Positions 33,001-41,802 of a stretch of DNA of 60,645 nucleotides are shown here, one piece after another. A model generated the notes under the pieces. The model did no database searches, was not told the origin of the DNA, and was given only the letters and a program-made list of their open reading frames with translations. Source of the DNA: Clostridia bacterium (GTDB lineage Bacteria > Bacillota > Clostridia > UBA1381). Where the stretch lies: positions 1 through 60,645 of the forward strand of contig CAADSR010000257.1 of assembly GCA_900751685.1 (NCBI GenBank), read 5' to 3'. Numbering within the stretch: the stretch's first letter is position 1; each line of letters starts with the position of its first letter. Both the position numbers and the translations under genes were made by a program.

Positions 33001-33628
33001 GGTGACGGATCTAAAAAGGATCGAGCTGGCAAGCGAGCAGGAGCGCGCCATGTCTGCTTATGGGGCAGAGCCCCTGATCCCCAAACCGGCATTTCTGCAG
33101 GAGGAGCAGCGGCCCCGGGGGGCACAGCTTGGCACAGCATATCATACAGTCATGGCACAGGTATGTATGAAAGAAGAAATGACGGCGCAATATATAGAAG
33201 GAGAGATCCGGCGCATCGTGGAAGCGGGGATGCTTACAGAAGCAGAAGCCGCCGCCGTGGATGCCGGGAGGATCGCCTGCTTTTTTGCGTCAGAGCTGGG
33301 AAAACGGATGTTATCCGCGCCCCAGGTTTATAGGGAATGCCCGTTTGAAATAGAGATCCCCGCCTCCGCCAGCCATCCGGAGCTAACTGGAGCGGCAGGG
33401 GAAAGCGTCATTCTCCAGGGGGTCATTGACTGCTGCTTTGTGGAACAGGGCGGTATTGTGTTGATCGACTACAAAACCGACCAGGGAAAACCTCCGGGGC
33501 GGATCCTGGAGGATTATTCGGCTCAATTGCAGTGGTATCAAAAAGCCATTGAACAAATTACAAAAAAAACCGTAAAAGAATCATATTTATATTTATTTTC
33601 TGTCAATGATGTGGTACAATATGTTTGA
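30011..33628 (+). CDS. addA: ATP-dependent helicase/nuclease AddAB, subunit A
   Basis: UvrD-type helicase motifs (VSAASGSGKTAVL, DEYQDTN, MTIHKSKGLEFPVVF) plus a C-terminal RecB nuclease domain (GVIDCCF...IDYKTD). ATG at 30011 after the SD GGGAGG. Confidence 0.92.
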   Translation: MPKWTEDQKKAIERDGNILVSAASGSGKTAVLVERIIQKLIPDAQGNATGIQELLVVTFTNAAAAEMKEKIIRALALAMKKETDQGRKKYLKEQLSLAGGAEILTIDAFCRRVVQNHFHLLGIDPGFGIADQTEMELLKEEVLEDLFDTLYEAQDPDFLQLAQLYCSNRDDRALAQMILQIHSFISSLPDPKGWLEQKTQMFAGEFSQSVWERFALQQKREYGDKACGLLKEALEHMMEYSMSYIPQDWEAFLDNIPEDIAQALQQDWSYECPLWELAAEEYRLCHAAAQAGREDTIELLSQMTFLQCRKSLKRSAEWVGRWNEVQLLRQQARDLILEEVAPLFQESTSTMQHLFRQELYPVLFALEGLVLQFDEEFTKRKTLRNLLEFSDLEHLTLQLFLEQPDICESYREKYSEILMDEYQDTNGLQEAIFSCISKEKMFMVGDMKQSIYRFRGGDPTIFKEKSLRFQQGMPGEHRIVLSRNFRSREEVLQSVNDLFGCVMSEEVGELEYSEDQWLYPGDLTYESRNTVCHGYQSEFYLLETQPEEKEEIDEDLDKTRLEARFVAEKIREMIQSGYRVRDVETGQYRRMQCRDVVILSSSVKSVSAVYTEELKRSGMDAFAEISDYFEQSEIQLMLSLIKIIHNPLQDIPLLGVLRSPVCRLTEDQLARIRLLSDGSFYDALCRMAELEPAGTDPTPELCAAFLERLGRWREDSRDMPVDKLIWTLYEETDFYNFIGALRGGEQAQANLRLLFERAKQYESSGYQGLFNFIRYIGRLQRQNSDLAGAKLVGKHHDVVRIMTIHKSKGLEFPVVFLVGASKRFGSGPSGQRMLLHKDWGFGLQYMNREESYVMDTLSTQFIRTMQRREELSEEMRKLYVGLTRAKEKLIVTASVRLGKAEEKKESWQQQVQGGKLQKEAARSATGFWDWIGPAAWSHPESWHIEVLPYQNAANTQLTQEEEAVSEETYKLTAPLIDQILGYQYPYRQCSMLPSKISVTDLKRIELASEQERAMSAYGAEPLIPKPAFLQEEQRPRGAQLGTAYHTVMAQVCMKEEMTAQYIEGEIRRIVEAGMLTEAEAAAVDAGRIACFFASELGKRMLSAPQVYRECPFEIEIPASASHPELTGAAGESVILQGVIDCCFVEQGGIVLIDYKTDQGKPPGRILEDYSAQLQWYQKAIEQITKKTVKESYLYLFSVNDVVQYV

Positions 33629-33654
33629 GTCTAAAATTGAAGGTGGAGAAGTAA

Positions 33655-34143
33655 ATGTCACAGAGCCTGTACCATGCGAACCAACAAAGGGAAAAGAGAA
33701 AAAAAAGAATTATCATCACAGTCCTGCTGGCACTTTTAGTAATTGGTGTGGCAGTGATCATGTTTTTTATTGGCGATGGGCAGCAGGCGGAGCATGTCCA
33801 GGCAGTTGTCCAGGAGAACACCCAGCTGAAACTGCAATTAAAAGAAAAAGAGGACCGGATCACGGCGCTTGGAGAGGAGATCAGCAGGCTGAATACAGAA
33901 TTGGACCTGCGGCCGACTCCATCCCCCACGCCGGCAGTGCCGCCGAATAATACAGTTTCCGGAGGGCAGCCGGGGGCCAGCACAGCTCCTACAAAGAAGC
34001 CTTCCCCGCGCAGTAACGCAAAAGCGACCCCTACCCCTAAGGCAAAGGCTACGCCGAAAACCACCCCTAGAGCGACGGCAAAGGCCACTTCTCAGCCGAA
34101 AAAAACAGCGGCTCCTACGGCGGACACCAGGGGAGAAGAATAA
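33655..34143 (+). CDS. Membrane-anchored coiled-coil protein with a Pro/Thr/Lys-rich tail
   Basis: Basic N-terminus plus one TM segment, a heptad-like stretch (QLKLQLKEKEDRITALGEEISRLNTEL), then a low-complexity tail (PTPSPTP...KATPTPKAKATPKTTP). SD GGTGGAG. Confidence 0.5.
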   Translation: MSQSLYHANQQREKRKKRIIITVLLALLVIGVAVIMFFIGDGQQAEHVQAVVQENTQLKLQLKEKEDRITALGEEISRLNTELDLRPTPSPTPAVPPNNTVSGGQPGASTAPTKKPSPRSNAKATPTPKAKATPKTTPRATAKATSQPKKTAAPTADTRGEE

Positions 34144-34194
34144 CAGCTGCCTTTTTCACGCAGGAACTGGAGCATAGGGGCAAAAAAGAGAAGC

Positions 34195-34219
34195 AGGAGG
34201 AGGCATTCCTCCTCTATTT
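34195..34219 (+). terminator. Rho-independent terminator
   Basis: GGAGGAGG/CCTCCTCT stem, 4-nt loop, ATTTTG tail. Confidence 0.6.
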
Positions 34220-34282
34220 TGAGAGCTTAAAAGGCAGGATAAAAAAATCATGGATCTTTTGATCTTTTTGGCAAGAAAACGC

Positions 34283-34311
34283 TTGACAAGCAGATTTGTC
34301 CATGATATAAT
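34283..34311 (+). promoter_or_regulatory. Consensus sigma-A promoter of rpmG-secE-nusG
   Basis: TTGACA (34283-34288), 17-nt spacer, TATAAT (34306-34311). Confidence 0.75.
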
Positions 34312-34418
34312 ATGTCTGCTGATAAAAAGCTCTTTTTTTTATGCTTGATTTTTTTGCAGAAAAGGGCGGTTTGAAAAACAATTACGCTGATACATAGCGG
34401 CGGAATGGAGGATATAAG

Positions 34419-34568
34419 ATGAGAGTAAAAATCACATTAGCTTGTTCTGAATGCAAGCAAAGAAACTACAACACCATGAAGAACAAAAAGAACGATCCGG
34501 ACAGGCTGGAAATGAACAAATACTGCAAGTTCTGCAGAAAGCACACTCTTCATAAGGAAACTAAATAA
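34419..34568 (+). CDS. rpmG: 50S ribosomal protein L33 (49 aa, below ORF-track cutoff)
   Basis: Hand-translated as [56 protein letters not shown]. Expected position before secE. Confidence 0.93.
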   Translation: MRVKITLACSECKQRNYNTMKNKKNDPDRLEMNKYCKFCRKHTLHKETK

Positions 34569-34596
34569 GAAAACGTGAAAATAAGGATGTGTAATA

Positions 34597-34824
34597 ATGG
34601 CTGATACAACAAAGACGACAAAGCAGGGCTTTGGCAAGCGCATAAAGCGTTTCTTTACCGAAACGAAAGCAGAGCTCAAAAAAGTTACATGGCCGAGCAG
34701 GGAGCAGCTGATCCATAATACGCTGGTTATTTTGGTTTTCATTATTCTTGCCGCGATTGTCCTGTCTTTATTGGATGCTGCCTTTGGTGAACTATTCAAA
34801 TTAATAACGAAATTTTTCGCTTAG
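34597..34824 (+). CDS. secE: Preprotein translocase subunit SecE
   Basis: 75 aa with ...ETKAELKKVTWPSREQL and one TM segment. Position before nusG. Confidence 0.93.
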   Translation: MADTTKTTKQGFGKRIKRFFTETKAELKKVTWPSREQLIHNTLVILVFIILAAIVLSLLDAAFGELFKLITKFFA

Positions 34825-34839
34825 GAAGGAGAATGGTTT

Positions 34840-35364
34840 ATGGCCGAAGACGCAAAATGGTATGTAGCACATACGTATTCCGGGTATGAAAACAAGGTCA
34901 AGGCAAACATTGAAAAGTCCGTGGAAAACCGCGGGATGCAGGAGTTGATCCTCAATGTGGAAGTACCCATGGAAGACGTTATGGAGAAAAAAGGCGACGA
35001 AGAAAAGGTCGTAAAACGCAAAGTTTTCCCGGGATATGTTGTCATCAAAATGGTGATGAACGATGAAAGCTGGTATGTTGTCCGCAATACGCGGGGCGTA
35101 ACAGGGTTTGTTGGCCCGGGCTCAAAACCGGTCCCCCTCACCGATGAAGAAGTGGAACGGATGGGCGTGGAAAAGATCCGCATGGCTGAGATCGACTTTA
35201 CGGTCGGCGACTCGGTAACGATCAAGTCCGGCCCGATGGAAGGCTTCTCCGGCATTGTAGAGAGCATCGACACCGAGACCCGTAAGGTCTGTGTGAAGGT
35301 GTCCATGTTCGGGCGTGAAACACCGGTCGAGATTGATTATACGCAGATTGCGCATTTAGATTAA
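34840..35364 (+). CDS. nusG: Transcription termination/antitermination factor NusG
   Basis: KWYVAHTYSGYENKVK... NGN domain plus a C-terminal KOW domain. Confidence 0.96.
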   Translation: MAEDAKWYVAHTYSGYENKVKANIEKSVENRGMQELILNVEVPMEDVMEKKGDEEKVVKRKVFPGYVVIKMVMNDESWYVVRNTRGVTGFVGPGSKPVPLTDEEVERMGVEKIRMAEIDFTVGDSVTIKSGPMEGFSGIVESIDTETRKVCVKVSMFGRETPVEIDYTQIAHLD

Positions 35365-35490
35365 TTTTGCTTATAGGCGGGAATCCCGCTTGTAAATATC
35401 CCTCTGGTAACAGTGGGAGGGCGTATGCCCGTAATTACCACATTAGTAGCGCCTTTTTGTGCGCTATGGATTTTTAAGGAGGTGGCCGTT

Positions 35491-35916
35491 ATGGCTCAAA
35501 AAGTTGCAGGTTATATTAAATTACAAATTCCTGCCGGCAAAGCAACTCCGGCTCCACCAGTTGGTCCTGCTTTAGGTCAACATGGTGTAAACATTATGCA
35601 GTTTACGAAGGAATTTAATGAAAAGACAGCAAAGGACGCAGGACTTATTATCCCTGTCGTTATCACAGTATATGCTGACCGTTCCTTTACATTCGTTACC
35701 AAGACACCGCCGGCAGCCGTGCTGATCAAAAAAGCATGTAATCTGAAGAGCGGTTCAGGTGTTCCGAATAAGACAAAAGTCGCTACTATCAGCAAAGCTG
35801 ATTTACAAGCGATCGCAGAACAAAAAATGCCTGATTTGAATGCAGCATCTGTAGAAGCAGCAATGAGCATGATCGCAGGTACAGCAAGAAGCATGGGCGT
35901 TGAAATAGGCGACTAA
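35491..35916 (+). CDS. rplK: 50S ribosomal protein L11
   Basis: [41 protein letters not shown] at 35491 behind the SD AAGGAGG. Confidence 0.97.
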   Translation: MAQKVAGYIKLQIPAGKATPAPPVGPALGQHGVNIMQFTKEFNEKTAKDAGLIIPVVITVYADRSFTFVTKTPPAAVLIKKACNLKSGSGVPNKTKVATISKADLQAIAEQKMPDLNAASVEAAMSMIAGTARSMGVEIGD

Positions 35917-35973
35917 TTTGTATAAAGAACGTGGGAGAGGGAGACCTTGTCTGACCACAAAGGAGGATACGAA

Positions 35974-36663
35974 ATGTTTAGAGGTAAAAAATATCAAGAC
36001 AGCACAAAGCTTGTGGATAAAACAACATTATACGACACAGCAGATGCGATGGATCTGGTAACGAAAACAGCAAAAGCAAAGTTTGACGAGACGATCGAAG
36101 CGCACATCAAACTGGGTGTGGATTCCCGTCATGCAGACCAACAGGTCCGTGGCGCAATTGTATTGCCTCATGGGACCGGTAAAACATCCCGCGTATTAGT
36201 ATTCGCAAAAGGCGCAAAAGCAGAAGAAGCAACTGCTGCCGGCGCTGACTATGTAGGCGATGCTGATATGGTAGCGAAGATCCAAGGTGAAAACTGGTTT
36301 GATTTTGACGTTGTTGTTGCAACACCGGATATGATGGGTGTTGTTGGTAGATTAGGTAAAGTGTTGGGCCCGAAAGGCTTGATGCCGTCACCGAAGGCTG
36401 GCACCGTAACAATGGACGTTACAAAAGCTGTAAATGAGATCAAGGCTGGTAAGATTGAATACCGTTTGGATAAAACAAATATCATTCACTGCCCGATCGG
36501 AAAAGCTTCCTTCGGCGCGCAGAAGCTGCAGGAGAACTTTGATGCGTTGCTAGGTGCGATCGTAAAGGCAAAGCCGGCAGCTGCTAAGGGTCAATATCTG
36601 AGAAGCGTTGTTATTGCTTCTACAATGGGTCCTGGCATCAAAATCAATAGCGCAAAAATCTGA
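35974..36663 (+). CDS. rplA: 50S ribosomal protein L1
   Basis: [10 protein letters not shown]... ATG at 35974 behind the SD AGGAGG. Canonical L1 sequence. Confidence 0.96.
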   Translation: MFRGKKYQDSTKLVDKTTLYDTADAMDLVTKTAKAKFDETIEAHIKLGVDSRHADQQVRGAIVLPHGTGKTSRVLVFAKGAKAEEATAAGADYVGDADMVAKIQGENWFDFDVVVATPDMMGVVGRLGKVLGPKGLMPSPKAGTVTMDVTKAVNEIKAGKIEYRLDKTNIIHCPIGKASFGAQKLQENFDALLGAIVKAKPAAAKGQYLRSVVIASTMGPGIKINSAKI

Positions 36664-36671
36664 TTTTTGGG

Positions 36672-36700
36672 TTGACAAGTTTTTTGACGTATGATATAAT
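36672..36700 (+). promoter_or_regulatory. Consensus sigma-A promoter of rplJL
   Basis: TTGACA (36672-36677), 17-nt spacer, TATAAT (36695-36700). Confidence 0.75.
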
Positions 36701-36706
36701 ATTATT

Positions 36707-36875
36707 CGTTGAATAAATCCGTAGACAGTAGGCAGCAGCTGCAGAAGTCCTACCGAGGGTGATTTAGTGATTTTTATGATTACTATGGCTCTTTGCGTCT
36801 ACGGCAAAGAGCCTTTTATTTTGGTTAAAAATAGAAGGCCGGGGCTTTCAGGCCCGTAGTATTTATAGGAGGTGA
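36707..36875 (+). ncRNA. Ribosomal protein L10 leader (autoregulatory 5' UTR) with attenuator hairpin
   Basis: About 170 nt of untranslated leader between the promoter and rplJ. It contains a GGCTCTTTGC/GCAAAGAGCC stem plus TTTTATTTT (36787-36822), as expected for the Firmicute L10-leader attenuation mechanism. Confidence 0.6.
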
Positions 36876-36884
36876 ATGAACAAA

Positions 36885-37481
36885 ATGCCAAGTGAAAAGA
36901 TTTTAAGTCAAAAACAGGCACAAGTGCAAGAGCTTGTTGAAGTATTGAAAAACGCGCAAACCGGTGTCCTTGTGGATTACAGAGGTTTGAATGTAGAAGA
37001 AGATACACAGCTCCGGAACAATTTAAGAGCAGCTGGTGTCAAGTATTTTGTTGTGAAAAACACATTGCTTCGCCTTGCAGCGAAGGAAACTGGTCTGGAT
37101 GCGTTGGATGAGATCCTGCACGGACCGACCGCTTTAGCAATTTCAGAGGAAGATGCTGTAGCTCCGGCAAAGGTGCTTTCTGATTTTGCAAAAGAAAACG
37201 ACAAATTAGAAATTAAGTCTGGTTTCATGGACGGAAACGTTATGTCCCTGGACGAAGTGAAAACTCTCGCAGCAACTCCATCTATGGATACATTGATTGC
37301 GAAAATCATGGGCAGCATGAACTCTTCGATCACAGACCTTACAAGATTGTTGTCTACAATCGCGCAGGGTGAGGATGAAATTTCTGAGCTAATCGCAAAG
37401 AAAAATGCAGAAGCTGCTCCAGCAGAAGCTCCTGTAGCGGAAGAAGCTGCACCGGCAGAAGAAGCTCCGGCAGCTGAATAA
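36885..37481 (+). CDS. rplJ: 50S ribosomal protein L10 (with Ala/Pro/Glu-rich C-terminal tail)
   Basis: Canonical L10 body. The start is either 36876 or 36885; 36885 has better SD spacing. Tail AEAAPAEAPVAEEAAPAEEAPAAE. Confidence 0.94.
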   Translation: MPSEKILSQKQAQVQELVEVLKNAQTGVLVDYRGLNVEEDTQLRNNLRAAGVKYFVVKNTLLRLAAKETGLDALDEILHGPTALAISEEDAVAPAKVLSDFAKENDKLEIKSGFMDGNVMSLDEVKTLAATPSMDTLIAKIMGSMNSSITDLTRLLSTIAQGEDEISELIAKKNAEAAPAEAPVAEEAAPAEEAPAAE

Positions 37482-37529
37482 GAAGAAACCCACAAAACTT
37501 AATTATAAAAGATAATGGAGGAAAAGAAA

Positions 37530-37901
37530 ATGGCAGATTTGAATGCAATCATTGATTCAATTAAGGAATTAAAATTGTTGGAAGTTGCAGAACTTGTTAA
37601 AATGATGGAAGAAGAATTCGGCGTTAGCGCAGCAGCTCCAGTTGTTGTAGCAGGCGGCGCAGATGCTGGTGCAGCAGGCGGCGCAGAAAAGACTGAATTT
37701 GACGTTGTATTGGCTGAAGCAGGTGCTTCTAAGCTGGGCGTTATCAAAGTTGTAAGAGAAATCACTGGCTTGGGCTTGAAAGAAGCAAAGGCTATGGTTG
37801 ACGGTGCACCGAACACATTGAAAGAAGCTGTTGCGAAAGACGAGGCTGAATCAATCAAAGCTAAGTTGGAAGAAGCAGGAGCAAAGGTAGAATTGAAATA
37901 A
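37530..37901 (+). CDS. rplL: 50S ribosomal protein L7/L12
   Basis: [24 protein letters not shown]... ending ...[16 protein letters not shown] lies 9 nt upstream. Confidence 0.97.
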   Translation: MADLNAIIDSIKELKLLEVAELVKMMEEEFGVSAAAPVVVAGGADAGAAGGAEKTEFDVVLAEAGASKLGVIKVVREITGLGLKEAKAMVDGAPNTLKEAVAKDEAESIKAKLEEAGAKVELK

Positions 37902-37961
37902 TTTTACTCGGACCGATTTCGTTGAACATAAATTATTTCACAAAGCTGCAATGGAGGAACC

Positions 37962-38480
37962 ATGCTTGTTGATGTATCAGAAATTTTAAAAGAATATGGC
38001 GGAAAGATCCCGGTTTCAGGAGAGCTTCATTTAGAAGATACTGATTTTCTGGGAGAAGAATACCACTTTACAGCCCCTGTGTCCATTACGGGAGAAATCT
38101 CAAATAATGGGACATCCTTGATATTGCGTGCAAAATGCAGCGGTGAGGCCAGGGTACACTGTGCACGGTGTATGAAGCCATTGACAGTTCCAGTTTCGTT
38201 TGAAATTGACGAGACCCTTTTACAGGGCGATGCTGAAGATGAAGCAGAAGACGCTGATGTGATTCTATTTACAGGCCATCAAATTGATTTGGCTGATATT
38301 GCAGCAAATAGCTTCCTGATGAGTATTTCCGGAAAATTTTTGTGTAAGGAAGACTGCAAAGGGCTTTGCCCCCACTGCGGTGCAGACTTGAATCAAGAAG
38401 AATGCAGATGCAACCGGGAAGTCATTGATCCACGTTGGGCAGCTTTGGCAGAAATAATGGAATCCTCGGACGACCAGTAA
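37962..38480 (+). CDS. yceD: YceD/DUF177 family protein (23S rRNA accumulation protein-like)
   Basis: 172 aa with the C-terminal CKGLCPHCGADLN..CRC motif. The conserved pairing with rpmF immediately downstream supports the call. Confidence 0.8.
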   Translation: MLVDVSEILKEYGGKIPVSGELHLEDTDFLGEEYHFTAPVSITGEISNNGTSLILRAKCSGEARVHCARCMKPLTVPVSFEIDETLLQGDAEDEAEDADVILFTGHQIDLADIAANSFLMSISGKFLCKEDCKGLCPHCGADLNQEECRCNREVIDPRWAALAEIMESSDDQ

Positions 38481-38503
38481 GAATTATTTTGGAGGTGTAG
38501 AAA

Positions 38504-38683
38504 ATGGCAGTACCTAAGCGTAAAGTATCAAAAGCCAGAAGAGATAAAAGACGTGCAAATTGGAAGCTGACCGTACCTGGTATGGTAGAATGCCCACAAT
38601 GTCACGAATTTAAAATGCCTCATAGAGTTTGTAAAGCCTGTGGTTATTACAACGGAAAAGAAATCGTAAAGGTTGAGGACTAA
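38504..38683 (+). CDS. rpmF: 50S ribosomal protein L32 (59 aa, below ORF-track cutoff)
   Basis: Hand-translated as [66 protein letters not shown]. Confidence 0.93.
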   Translation: MAVPKRKVSKARRDKRRANWKLTVPGMVECPQCHEFKMPHRVCKACGYYNGKEIVKVED

Positions 38684-38697
38684 TTGGCTGATTCTTT

Positions 38698-38733
38698 GCC
38701 GGAACAATCATTTTGATTGTTCCGGCTTTTTTT
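38698..38733. terminator. Terminator between convergent rpmF and the ABC-2 operon
   Basis: 13-bp perfect stem GCCGGAACAATCA/TGATTGTTCCGGC, 3-nt loop, T7 run on the + strand. Confidence 0.85.
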
Positions 38734-38735
38734 GT

Positions 38736-39515
38736 TTAAGAACCTGTGGACTTATAATGGTGTATGCCAATTTTCCAAAGGACCAGGCAGGGAATCAGGA
38801 ACAGGAATCCGAATAGGGGAGTAAAGCGGTAAAATGGGTTTGATGCCTGGCCAATCAAATATAGGAATGGATAATATTGAAATAATGCTAGGGGGACAAC
38901 AAAAGTAAAAAATTTTAAAATGCCCTCCCCATAGATCGAAAGAGGATATTGCCCAAATTCAAGGCCGCCGTTTGTAAAGATATTTATTACCTCCAGCCCT
39001 TCTGTCGTGAAAAAACAGATTGCTGCGGAAATAATAAATAACCCTGAGAATACAGCTGTTCCGGAAATAACCATTAAGACCAGCGTGAATATTTTGCCTG
39101 CTGTCCACAAAACCCCGCTGGTTGGGACCGCATAGCAAAAGACCACAATTGCCTGGAGCAGCCGGCCGACCCGGGAGAATTCTAGGCGGGAGGTCAGGAC
39201 CTGGAAAATCTCATTTCGTGGACGCACCATGATCCGGTCAAATTCCCCATTCCCAATCATGCCCGAAAATGAGTCAAATCCACGGGCAAAACATTCTGCT
39301 AAAGAAAAGGCCATGAGGACAGTTGCAAAACATAGCAGGACTTGGCTGAATGTAAACCCTTTTACGGTGTGAAACCGTTCCATCATAAAATAAACCGCTA
39401 AAAATGCAGAAAAAGAGGTTAAAAATTGCCCTGCCAGCGTTAGGAAAAAGGAAGTTTTGTATTGCATCTGGCTTTTTACATGGATAGTTAGATAGCGGAA
39501 ATATAATTTCATCAT
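38736..39515 (-). CDS. ABC-2 family transporter permease
   Basis: 259 aa, 6-TM pattern. Last gene of a three-gene operon with overlapping stop/start codons. Confidence 0.7.
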   Translation of the reverse strand: MMKLYFRYLTIHVKSQMQYKTSFFLTLAGQFLTSFSAFLAVYFMMERFHTVKGFTFSQVLLCFATVLMAFSLAECFARGFDSFSGMIGNGEFDRIMVRPRNEIFQVLTSRLEFSRVGRLLQAIVVFCYAVPTSGVLWTAGKIFTLVLMVISGTAVFSGLFIISAAICFFTTEGLEVINIFTNGGLEFGQYPLSIYGEGILKFFTFVVPLALFQYYPFLYLIGQASNPFYRFTPLFGFLFLIPCLVLWKIGIHHYKSTGS

Positions 39516-40318
39516 TATCCTCCTTGTACAATTACTTTTTTAAGCGCATAATCCATCCATAGCTTACCAACAAGCCCTAAGGCCAATAACCAAAAAAATT
39601 GCAGGCCAATGCTTTGTACCATTTCCATCCCTGCAATATTCCCGCTATAGATATGGAATGGCAGGTTCTGCATAGAAGCAAAAGGAGTCCAATTCAAAAC
39701 CTTACGAATCGTGTCCGGGAAAAAAGGTAAAGGAATTAATGCGCCGGACAAAAGCTCTGTCAGCGACACTGCAACTATTCGGATTCCCTGGGGGGAGAGC
39801 GTAAAGAACGTCGTAATATAAATAAGCATACTAAAAGATACAACAAGGCAAAGAGCCAATATCATTGTCAAGATAAATAGTAAAAATCCGGATAGACTGG
39901 CTGGCAGGGACAGCCCATAAGGGGATGGGAGCAAAAATGCTATAAATAGGATTGGCATACAGCGCAGTACAGCCTTTGAGACCCGGATGGCTGCATCCTT
40001 GATAAACCACATCGAATAAAGGTCCAGCGGCCTGGCTAATTCATAACTGATGTTCCCGCTTGTGATCGAAGCAAAGATCTCATTGTCAAAAAACCAGCTC
40101 ATAAATAAAGCAAGGAACGCCTGCTGCAGCCATATGTACGAGGAAAGCTGGGAAAAAACCATCGGAAACGATGTAGGGTCCGCTTGATAAAACGCCCGGA
40201 ACATTAAGATCTCCATCAGTCCCCAGAAAAACTGGGTGCAAATACCCGCGGCGGCAGCGGCACGGTATTGAAGGCCTGTGTTAAAACGGATTCTAAAAAA
40301 ACTTAAATACTTTTTCAT
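39515..40318 (-). CDS. ABC-2 family transporter permease
   Basis: 267 aa, multi-TM, overlapping both neighbouring genes. Confidence 0.7.
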   Translation of the reverse strand: MKKYLSFFRIRFNTGLQYRAAAAAGICTQFFWGLMEILMFRAFYQADPTSFPMVFSQLSSYIWLQQAFLALFMSWFFDNEIFASITSGNISYELARPLDLYSMWFIKDAAIRVSKAVLRCMPILFIAFLLPSPYGLSLPASLSGFLLFILTMILALCLVVSFSMLIYITTFFTLSPQGIRIVAVSLTELLSGALIPLPFFPDTIRKVLNWTPFASMQNLPFHIYSGNIAGMEMVQSIGLQFFWLLALGLVGKLWMDYALKKVIVQGG

Positions 40319-41289
40319 ATCTTGAACTCCTTATAAAGGGAGACGACCATATCTTCCGCAGAAGAGCCGGTGACCGATAGATCGAGAATATCGGCATTGC
40401 GGGACAAGGATTCAATTGCTTTGGAAACAGAAAGGACGGCAGTATCCACTTCAAAAACCGCATGGCCATCTAACTGCTCTAATAAGCGGAGCCCATTTGC
40501 TGTCATAAACGTACCATTTTGGTATTCTAATGTAATTTTTTTGATGCTTGAGTTTCTTTTCTTTAACTCTTCTAAAGAGCCGTCTAGTAAGATCTGCCCT
40601 TTTCCAATCAATAAAATACGCTCTGTCAGGGCTTCAATGTCTTGCATATCATGGGTCGTTAGGATCACAGTTGTTTTCTTTTCCCGGTTCAATTGCTTGA
40701 TAAAATCCCGCACTGCAATTTTCGAAACAGCATCAAGGCCGATGGTCGGCTCGTCTAAAAATAAGATCTGCGGTTCATGGAGCAGGGAAGCGGCGATCTC
40801 GCAGCGCATCCGCTGCCCAAGGCTTAACTGCCTTGCTGGTGTTTTCAAAAGCTCTGAAAGGTCTAACATCTGGACCAGCTGGTCCAGCGTCCGGCAGTAT
40901 GCGGCAGCATCGATCTCATAAATATCACGGATCAGCTCAAAAGAGTCCAGGACCGGTACATCCCACCAGAGCTGGGAGCGCTGGCCGAAAACGACCCCAA
41001 TCCGCCTTACGTGTTCTTTTCTGCTTTTCCAGGGGATCAGTCCGTTGATCCTGCATTCGCCGCTATCGGGCGTTAGAATGCCGCTCATGATCTTTATAGT
41101 GCTGCTTTTTCCGGCCCCGTTTGGTCCGATATAGCCCACCATCTCCCCATCATCAATTGTAAAGGAGATGTCACTGAGCGCATGTACAAGGGTATATTCC
41201 CGGCGGAACAAAGCCTTTGCTGCTTCACCAAACCCGCCCTTGCGCTTTGCAACCTTAAAGGTTTTGTGGATGTGTTTCAGTTCGATCAT
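40315..41289 (-). CDS. ABC transporter ATP-binding protein
   Basis: Walker A GPNGAGKSST, signature LSLGQRMR, Walker B ILFLDEPT. Start set at MIELKHIHKTF (41289) behind the SD AAGGAGGAG. Confidence 0.9.
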   Translation of the reverse strand: MIELKHIHKTFKVAKRKGGFGEAAKALFRREYTLVHALSDISFTIDDGEMVGYIGPNGAGKSSTIKIMSGILTPDSGECRINGLIPWKSRKEHVRRIGVVFGQRSQLWWDVPVLDSFELIRDIYEIDAAAYCRTLDQLVQMLDLSELLKTPARQLSLGQRMRCEIAASLLHEPQILFLDEPTIGLDAVSKIAVRDFIKQLNREKKTTVILTTHDMQDIEALTERILLIGKGQILLDGSLEELKKRNSSIKKITLEYQNGTFMTANGLRLLEQLDGHAVFEVDTAVLSVSKAIESLSRNADILDLSVTGSSAEDMVVSLYKEFKI

Positions 41290-41451
41290 AAATCTCCTCC
41301 TTACCTCTTTCTTTAGCAGTAGTTTTATTATATGGTTGATTCGACTATAAAACAAGGAAGATGATATTTTTTGCCATTTTCCTATTGACTTTTGGATAAT
41401 ACATATGATATTAGAATACCATGTTAGCCAAAAGTAGGAGGTGAATCATAT

Positions 41452-41619
41452 ATGGCTAAAATGGGATGTCCTACGGAGAGCCTTAAAGATGGACGAGTGA
41501 CGGCACGCGTCGATATGAAGGTTAAGAAAATTCTTGAGGATTATTGTGAGAAGCATCATATCAGCCAGGAGGAAGGTCTAAGACAGGCCATTTTAAGATT
41601 ACAAGAGGACACAAAATAG
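41452..41619 (+). CDS. Small ribbon-helix-helix-like protein (55 aa), divergent from the ABC operon
   Basis: Strong SD AGGAGG 7 nt before the ATG. GRVTARVDMKVKKILEDYCEKHHISQEEGLRQAILRL fits a beta-strand/helix/helix (CopG/Arc-like) pattern. Below the ORF-track cutoff. Confidence 0.45.
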   Translation: MAKMGCPTESLKDGRVTARVDMKVKKILEDYCEKHHISQEEGLRQAILRLQEDTK

Positions 41620-41756
41620 AAGGAAGGGTGCACCGCCTAGACAGCAAAAACACCCTTCCCATAACACCAATAAAAATACTAGTAAATCTATTATACCGCA
41701 CATTTTGTTGAAAATCAAGAAATGGAGGTATAATATTGATGGAAAATATTCTATAT

Positions 41757-41800
41757 AAAAAGCAGGCAAAACCGAAACAACAGTTTTGCCTGCTTTATTT
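41757..41800. terminator. Bidirectional terminator downstream of pdxT
   Basis: 12-bp stem AGCAGGCAAAAC/GTTTTGCCTGCT, flanked by an A-run on one side and a T-run on the other. Confidence 0.75.
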
Positions 41801-41802
41801 TA

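Noticed and set aside
33603-34088. 161-aa antisense ORF and 114-aa alternative-frame ORF over the addA-downstream gene
   Set aside because: They are mirror or shifted frames of a low-complexity Pro/Thr/Lys-coding region. They have no SD, and only the + strand frame at 33655 has an SD, a TM segment and a coiled coil.
34821-35306. 161-aa ORF antisense to nusG
   Set aside because: It is fully contained in the reverse strand of a conserved gene, with no SD and no recognisable motif.
36977-37858. Long antisense ORFs (172 aa and 119 aa) opposite rplJ and rplL
   Set aside because: They lie opposite highly conserved ribosomal genes. Their Ala/Ser-rich products are typical of reverse frames of GC(A/T)-rich codons.
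40370-40921. 183-aa + strand ORF inside the ABC ATPase gene
   Set aside because: It is antisense to a gene with unambiguous Walker A, Walker B and signature motifs, and it has no SD.
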